Below, one piece after another: positions 56,112-64,000 of a stretch of 64,000 bases of DNA (positions within the stretch are counted from its first letter, which is position 1; each line of letters begins with the position of its first letter). Origin of the DNA: Octopus vulgaris (Eukaryota); contig OX597825.1 of NCBI GenBank assembly GCA_951406725.2, positions 56,792,001-56,856,000 of the forward strand, in the 5' to 3' direction. The notes beneath the pieces were generated by a model. The model was not told where the DNA came from. It saw nothing but the letters and a program-made list of their open reading frames with translations, and ran no database searches. A program made the position numbers and the translations under genes.

Positions 56112-56633
56112 CTTGAACTCAGAACGTAAAGACAGACGAAATACCTATTTCTTTAATTTCTTTATTACCCACAAGGGGCCAAACATAGAAGGGACAAACA
56201 AGGACAGACATAGGTATTAAGTCGATTACATCGACCCCAATGCGTAACTGGTACTTAATTTATCGACCCCGAAAGGATGAAAGGTAAAGTCGACCTCGGC
56301 GGAATTTGAACTCACAACGTAGCGGCAGACGAAATACCGATAAGCATTTCGCCCGGCGTGCTAACGATTCTGCCAAGTCGCCGCCTTCAGACGAAATACC
56401 TATTTCTTTACTACCCACAAGGGGCTAAACGCAGAGAGGACAAACAAGGACAGACGAACGGATTAAGTCGATTATATCGACCCCAGTGCGTAACTGGTAC
56501 TTATTTAATCGACCCCGAAAGGATGAAAGGCAAAATCGACCTCGGCGAAATTTGAACTCGGAACGTAGCGGCAGACGAAATACCGCTAAGCATTTCGCCC
56601 GGCGTGCTAACGTTTCTGCCAGCTCGACGCCTT
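56112..56633 (-). mobile_element. Tandem Nin-domain SINEs (family B), two full copies plus a fragment
   Basis: Same core as the 52-kb cluster. Confidence 0.82.
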
Positions 56634-56634
56634 A

Positions 56635-57440
56635 CGCCATCTGAATATTGGAAAAGTTATTGGTATCATGATGATTTGCTCCGAGAATCAGAACGCCAAC
56701 ATCATGACGGCTACTCAGTGTTCTGTGAACACTGTTACGGCTTTAAGACTTGATATGGACAGCTGTAACGGAGACTACGAAGCCGTGAGCAGCAAGAACG
56801 AACTCGGCTGGCGTTCCGACTTTATCTGCACGCCGGAATTCATCCAACAACTTCAGGACAAGTTGATGGAGCATCCTAGCAAAGGAATCCAGACTTGGCT
56901 CGAGAGATAGGTGTTAGAGTTGCTACCATGTAGTTGACTCTGAATGAAGACCTTTGCTACCTTTCGTACAAGAGGTACAGGGGACAAATTCTGACAGCCA
57001 ACGCCACGGAGAACCGCTTGACGAAGGCAAATTTGATTGTAAACAAGTTAAGGCATCCTGTTGAATCGGAGATGATCTGTTTCTTCTCAGATGAAAAGAA
57101 CTTCTACCAAGACCAGTTGCGCAACACCCAGAACAATAGATGACTTATCTATTGTCCATTTGTTGTCCAATGTACCATAGAAACCAAGTCCCCCAAATGT
57201 TGATGGTCTTTGAATTTATCTCCTGTGACGGTGACGTCATTCAGCCCCACAACTTTGAAAAGGGCCTTAGGCACAATTCAGACAGCTATGTGAAGCTTCT
57301 GGAGAATGTGGCCGATCTTTGGATGGAGAGGATTGCTGCTAGAAGACAATATATGTGACAGCAGGATTCAACACCTTGCCATACATCTGAAAAGAATAAG
57401 TAGCGGTTGTCGGAGAATTTCTACGACTTCACCATCCCTA
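56635..57440 (+). mobile_element. DD37D-like Tc1/mariner transposase pseudogene, second family
   Basis: FFSDEKNF (first catalytic D), MVFEFISCDGDV, QQDS.PCH in broken frames. Confidence 0.8.
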
Positions 57441-57442
57441 TT

Positions 57443-57478
<36 letters not shown>

Positions 57479-57479
<1 letters not shown>

Positions 57480-57814
57480 CTAGCTGTTGGACCTGCCGTT
57501 GCTCGTGTTTTCCGTGTTGAAGTTAAGCCCAGCTCTGACCTTGTGTTGAATAAGCATTTCCTTAATGATTATTCTATCGATTTTGTTGAAATTTTATTTT
57601 ACACGTGAAAAAATGCAAAAGCTGCGTTCCGTTCGAACGATTGAGCGCATAAAAATTGATACGAGCTGAGCATTATCGAGCTTTCGAAAAATTCCGGTCT
57701 TATTTGAACTTCAGGGCATGTGATCTACCTATGTGCCAGAAATCATTAAAATCGGTTGGACGGTGTGAAAGGAGTTACAGTAACCCCTAAATCACATACA
57801 CCATTACACATTTA

Positions 57815-57830
<16 letters not shown>
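57479..57830 (+). mobile_element. Possible non-autonomous Helentron/DINE-1-like element
   Basis: 5' tactagctg..acctgccgttgctcgtg and 3' aaaatcggttggacggt..ggagtt resemble such elements; inserted in (TA)n. Confidence 0.4.
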
Positions 57831-57854
<24 letters not shown>

Positions 57855-57865
57855 TATTATATATG

Positions 57866-57986
<121 letters not shown>

Positions 57987-58453
57987 ATATGCATACAGAT
58001 AGAAAAATAGACACAGAGAGAGAGAGAAAGAGAGATGTTTCTTTATTAGCCACACAGGGCTGCACACAGACGGGACAGATTACAAAGTAGAGCTTTCCTT
58101 TTGGCGGAGAAAAAAATAAAACAATAAAATAATAATAATAATAATAATGTGGAGTAGGTTTTCGATCAAAAGGGATCGTAAAAGGGGGAAAAACGATCAA
58201 TAGGGATCGTGTATCACAGAAATGTCATGATGTAAAGTGTAAAGGGGGAAGCAGATACGGGTTATCCGTAGAAAGAAAAGCCTACGGAAAAGACCAAGGT
58301 AACATCGGTCAATAATGTCTCATGTTAACGCATTTGTTTGCAAGTAAGTAACCCTCTGTTTTATATTTTTCCGGGTTCATAGGATTATGCTCAAGGTGGC
58401 TTCGTCATTCATTCGTGCCATCCTTGCTACATTCACCCATCATTTTTTGAAAC

Positions 58454-58529
<76 letters not shown>

Positions 58530-59203
58530 GCGGACATACATACACACATATGCGTGTATACATACACCTATTTGCAAATATGTGCGTACATATGTTGACA
58601 GATAACCAAGCGGTACAAAATTCACGACACAGATAAATAATCATAATCGCCATCATAAGCTTCTCTAGAAACAAATCCGGAGTTTATGTTCTTAGCTGAG
58701 CCCATTTTAAGAGCAGGTGTCATTCAGCAAGAGATAGGTGTTATGCAATTGGTCACAGGGGATTTAATCATGCGAAGTGGACGCAGACTTTGCTATATGG
58801 ATTATGTTTGATGCCCACAGAAAACGTAATATATTTTGTTTATTATACATGATTCTGAGGAGAAGTGAAATTTTTTTTTGTTGTAACCGAAAACTACTTA
58901 TAAAAGACGAGGTTAAATATTTGTTAATGGAGAAATAATCAAATTAAATTCATAGCAAAAATCCCGCTTGATGATGTTTGTAATTCTATCGCCAGTAGCT
59001 GTGTGAGTGAGAGAGAGAGAGAAAGAGAGAGAGACAAGTGAGAAAGAGAGACAAAGGAAGAGTGAAAGAGAGGGAGGGAGGGTGAGAGAGTGAATGCGCA
59101 TGCATGTTTAAATGTGTTTGGATATACATGTATATCTATATATAAAATGTCTACATCAGTATATATGTGTATATATATATATATAAAATATATATACATA
59201 TAC

Positions 59204-59325
<122 letters not shown>

Positions 59326-59857
59326 TAAAATATATATAAATATATGTGTATATGTAACAGAGAGAGCGTGTGTACGTGAGAGAGAGAGCGTGCGCACGTG
59401 AATGTGTATGTGTGTGTGTGTACACATACTTTACAAGTATATATATGCATTGCATTTGATTACATACATAAACATTTGTGTTTATTCATATGTATGTTGA
59501 AAAGGATTACGTAATTTTACGATTTGAAAATTTGTAAACTGTATTTGAAGCTCTACAACTGCTGATAATGGCTTTGGGAACTTGACTATTCCAAATAAAC
59601 CGCAAAGAAACAAAGATTTAAATAAAAAAATAACTTGATAAAAATATATTTAAAACTGGATAACTTAGTTATTTTTGTTTTTTCAAACATGGCTAAAAGT
59701 ATTGTTGTCAATAAAGGGTATGTGCTGGTGGGGGAATATGCAGCTCTGCATATGTGCAATGCGAGTGGATACACATATATACATAATCCATGTGTGTGTG
59801 TGTATGTGTCTGTGTATGTTTGAGTATGAGTATGTATGTATGTGTGAATATGTAGCC

Positions 59858-59891
<34 letters not shown>

Positions 59892-60130
59892 GTGTGCGTA
59901 TGGATGTGTAGCCATACATGTATGTATAAATGTGTAGATATGTAGGTATGCAAATGTATGTGTGTGTAGATAAATATCCATATATGTATTTGCGTATGGA
60001 TTCCTATATACCTACATGTGTGTGTTTGTGTGTGTGTGAGTTTGTGTGTGTGTGTGTGTGCGTGTTGAGCTCAGGTTGGTTACTTTACATAGCAAAATAG
60101 TTATTGATGGAGGACTCAAAATTAATAGAC

Positions 60131-60326
<196 letters not shown>

Positions 60327-60913
60327 ATTAAAATTTTAAATTTTAAATTTTAAACTTTTGGCATCGCCCGAAAGACATTTAATTCAGATAGAGATTATAA
60401 CCGTTTAGAATTCACCTAATCATTTATTATTCATTGGATCGTGGATCAGCGTAACGTATATCTATTTTACTCTGATCCAACCTTCATTTTTGACAAACAG
60501 GAATTTACTAGTATACTCAATTGGGGATATTGCTTCACTTTTACATCTTTCTGACTTCTCCTTTTCTGATGACGGTATACTCAATTTAACGAATCCTTAC
60601 ACAATCTCATAATCCACATACTCGCCTATTCTAGAAATAGCTGTAAGATACTCTATATGTTTCAATTCTCTATCTAAATTAAATGTTTCTTTTTTCTTTC
60701 TGGGTGATGCCAAAAGCTTTGCTGTTTCATTTTTTATTTTCATCTATATCCACCCGCTGAAGGAGAAAATACTTCTTGCAGCCTTCCATGAGCAGTCTTG
60801 ACACCTCACTTTTCTATTGCAGTTCAAACCTGAGTCTTAGTAGTAAACCAAACTGAGCACTCATATTACATGCCTATTACATTACACAGTAGACGAAAAG
60901 TCCTTGTGTGGAA

Positions 60914-60944
<31 letters not shown>

Positions 60945-60957
60945 TTATTATTATTAT

Positions 60958-61049
<92 letters not shown>

Positions 61050-61199
61050 TGACTACTGCTACTACTACTACTATTATTATTATTATTATTATTATTAAGT
61101 TTGAAAATGGCGAGATTCAATGGATATAAATAAATTTATTTATTATCATTGCCTACAGTTGTTTCATTTCACATCCAATTTGAATTACAAAACATATAT

Positions 61200-61628
61200 A
61201 GGAGCAAGAGTGGGGGTGTGGTATGCAGCTTGCTTACCAATCACATGGTTCCGGGTTCAATCTAACTGCGTGGCACCTTGGGCAAGTGTCTTCTACTATA
61301 ATCTCAGGCCAACCAAAGCCTTGTGAGTGGATTTGGTAAACGGAAACTGAAAGATGCCTGTCATGTATGTATGTATGTATGTATGTATGTATGTATGTAT
61401 GCATGTATGTATGTATGTATGCATATGTATGTGTATATGTTAGTGTGTCTGTGTTTCTCCCCTCCACCACCATCGCTTGACCACCGATGTTGGTGTGTTT
61501 ACGTCCCTGTAACTTAACGTTTCAGTAAAAGAAACGATAAACTTAGTACTAAGGTTATAAAGAATAAGTCCTGCATGGCCGCAGTCAAATGACTGAAACA
61601 AATAAAATGATAAAAGAATAAAAGAAGA
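61200..61628 (+). mobile_element. SINE family A
   Basis: Family A head, internal (TATG)n, tail gcatggccgcagtcaaatgactgaaac. Confidence 0.83.
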
Positions 61629-61678
61629 TAAGTTTCCATTTCAAAATACCTTGGATGGAAAAATCTTCAGGGCATGAA

Positions 61679-61748
<70 letters not shown>

Positions 61749-61752
61749 ATGC

Positions 61753-61827
<75 letters not shown>

Positions 61828-61845
61828 TACATATATATATATATA

Positions 61846-62470
61846 AAATTTTACTGGTGCAGGCGCTCCTCACAGTGTCCCTGTGAATGTCTTCGAATAC
61901 TTCATTGATCTTGGCCACCAGCTCGACATTGGTCTTGCGGGCGGACGGATTGGTATCTTTGCCAACTGCCTCAACACGACACCTACCACCCACACATACC
62001 CCCACACATAACCCCACCCACATCACACGCATATCCCCACCCACCCACACACGCATAGTAATCCATGGAATTCGAATTGGGGGAATTAGGAGGCCAGAAT
62101 TTCGGGCTGTTGAAGTCCGACAACCACTTCTCCGTGATATGGAAAGGATCGATCCAGATCCTGCAAGCGTACATTGGCCTTCAAGTAGCAACTCCCTCCA
62201 GCTAGGGATTGATCAGTCTGCAGCAGCTTCGCCGTCTTAATTGAGCCTAAGACACTGTTCAACGACGTTAAACGAACTCCAGCGTGCAGATGCAGTGTCT
62301 CTTCTTGTAGGCCACGGCTTCGTAGTCTTCGTCGCAGCTATCCATGTCATGTTTTACAGCCTTTACAGTGTTTAAAGAGCATTCTGCAACAGTCATGATG
62401 TTGGCATTTTCAAAACTGACACGAATCATCATGATACAGGTAACTGTTTGCCAATATTCTGATGGCGTCA
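61846..62470 (-). mobile_element. DD37D-like Tc1/mariner relic, related to the 56635 copy
   Basis: [15 protein letters not shown]; the 5' part cgccatcagaatattggc matches 56635. Confidence 0.78.
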
Positions 62471-63354
62471 GCTATCTTTTTGTCAACTACAAATTTATGC
62501 TCTCCAACCTCGTTGACTGTTCACCAATACATCAAGCTATTCCTAAAAAAAGGCATTAAAAATCGACAAACACACACACATACATACATGCATACATACA
62601 TGTTAATACATGCATACATAATCATATCATCAGTAATTACCTAAAAATGTCTGCAAGTCACTCTGTCCCCAATGAAACATGGTACGATAGCCAAGACGGT
62701 TTACAACGTGATGCATATATGCAAGGGCTTTCCGGCAGTCAGATCATAGTACATACATCCGAACCAGAAAATATGTTCAACACTTTAAAAATAAAGTATA
62801 CTAGGGAAATATTCCAAAATCATGAGCACAGTGTAAGCACAACAGACAAAATAAGCTTATATATGGAAGGGAGCAAAAATCATGTATCGTTGTAGAGATC
62901 AGCTACACAACGCATGTAAACGGCTCTTCAAAAATTAAGGGAAAGAACAGAATTGATAAGAAACCTATATCTCTTATAATGAGGCTTCAGATTCTCATTT
63001 GTTTTTAATCATATAGGTCACTGGATATAATCATAGGTCACTGGATTACCTAACAGCTGATTTGTATAGAAGCCTAGAAATGCTTGGATTCTTCAAAAAA
63101 TAAGGAACAGAGCAAAATGATTTGCATTCTCCAGATACAAATGATCAATGAAAAAAATTATAAAACATTTCAAGGTTTCTGCTTTTAAGTTGCTTAACCG
63201 AACATATGCCCACAACTAGATATACGTATGGAAATCGTGTACATGCACACACAGAGACAATTACAAAACATGCACTCTTGTGTTCTATTGTAACACACCC
63301 GCCCACGGAGGGAAGTTTATCCACACATATGCACATCCACACAATACGCACACA

Positions 63355-63576
63355 TACGAGGGGATGATGAAAAGTTCCTGGATTTAAGGGTATCGAGAAA
63401 GACCTGGCTGAAGGCCCAACCTTCCGAATTCTTTTACAAGGCTTATAAAAACTGAAGGACCGCTGCAATAAGTGTGTGAATCTGTGAGGAGGTTATGTTG
63501 AATAAAATCATAACTAACTGCTCCTCTTGTATTTTCTTTTACCCAAAGCCAGGAACTTTTCAGCACCCCACTCGTA
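63355..63576 (-). mobile_element. Mariner-derived MITE with both TIRs and TA ends
   Basis: tacgaggggatgatgaaaagttcctgg ... ccaggaacttttcagcaccccactcgta. Confidence 0.85.
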
Positions 63577-63900
63577 TATGCAGACATCAACAAAATCAGG
63601 TAACTACAAACACCAAGAACTGTCATGACTTAAGCAAAAGAGCCTTGTCATTTTGTTCGTGACCCGTCTGAATTCTGAAAAGGAAAAAAGAACTTAAAAT
63701 AAATCCCAAAGAAACATACATGTATATATGTATGCGTGTTAATGTAAGTTTTGTGTTAATGCAATGCGTGTGTTAATGATGTATGTGTGTTAAAGTGCTG
63801 TGTGTATTCAAGTAATTGATTTTTAATGTGATGCGTTTGTGTGCTAATGTGATGTATGAAAAAATCTAATGAATGTGTTAATGTAAATCATGTGTTCATA

Positions 63901-63944
<44 letters not shown>

Positions 63945-64000
63945 GCGATCTGTGTGCGTAAATGCAATGTAGTTACTAATATGAGTTAATGCGATGTATG

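Noticed and set aside
58640-58690. TPDLFL resembling the nAChR WxPD motif
   Set aside because: An in-frame stop immediately precedes it, and there is no Trp
62647-62895. 82-aa ATG ORF
   Set aside because: No recognisable homology or splice context; length compatible with chance

Overview
AT-rich, microsatellite-saturated eukaryotic DNA, most likely from an octopus or other cephalopod (inferred from the repeat landscape). Almost all listed ORFs are translations of (TA)n, (TG)n, (GATA)n, (TACA)n or (AAT)n tracts and are not genes. One host exon is well supported: a 191-nt minus-strand exon (26202-26392) encoding TM3 and the start of the intracellular loop of a Cys-loop, nicotinic acetylcholine receptor-like subunit, so most of the window is probably intron. 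The rest is a mosaic of repeats: DD37D (maT-type) Tc1/mariner relics, mariner MITEs, several tRNA-derived SINE families, LINE remnants (CR1/L2-like, RTE, R4/Dong-like) and decayed Penelope-like elements (PLEs). The most interesting signal is a dense population of short non-coding elements in (TA)n tracts that carry type I hammerhead ribozyme (HHR) motifs, about a dozen intact or decayed. Several share a head-to-head inverted architecture in which the inverted arm reads across the end-to-start junction of the unit, implying a circular or multimeric RNA template. One is a 294-nt tandem HHR repeat, and one family has a recurrent CUGUNGA core. Together these suggest a PLE-mobilised, retrozyme-like system that targets TA microsatellites. 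The 46.5-48.4 kb region looks like an assembly artefact, and 37.1-40.9 kb is a near-identical tandem duplication that may be allelic. Everything was read by eye with no folding or database searches, and repeat boundaries are approximate.
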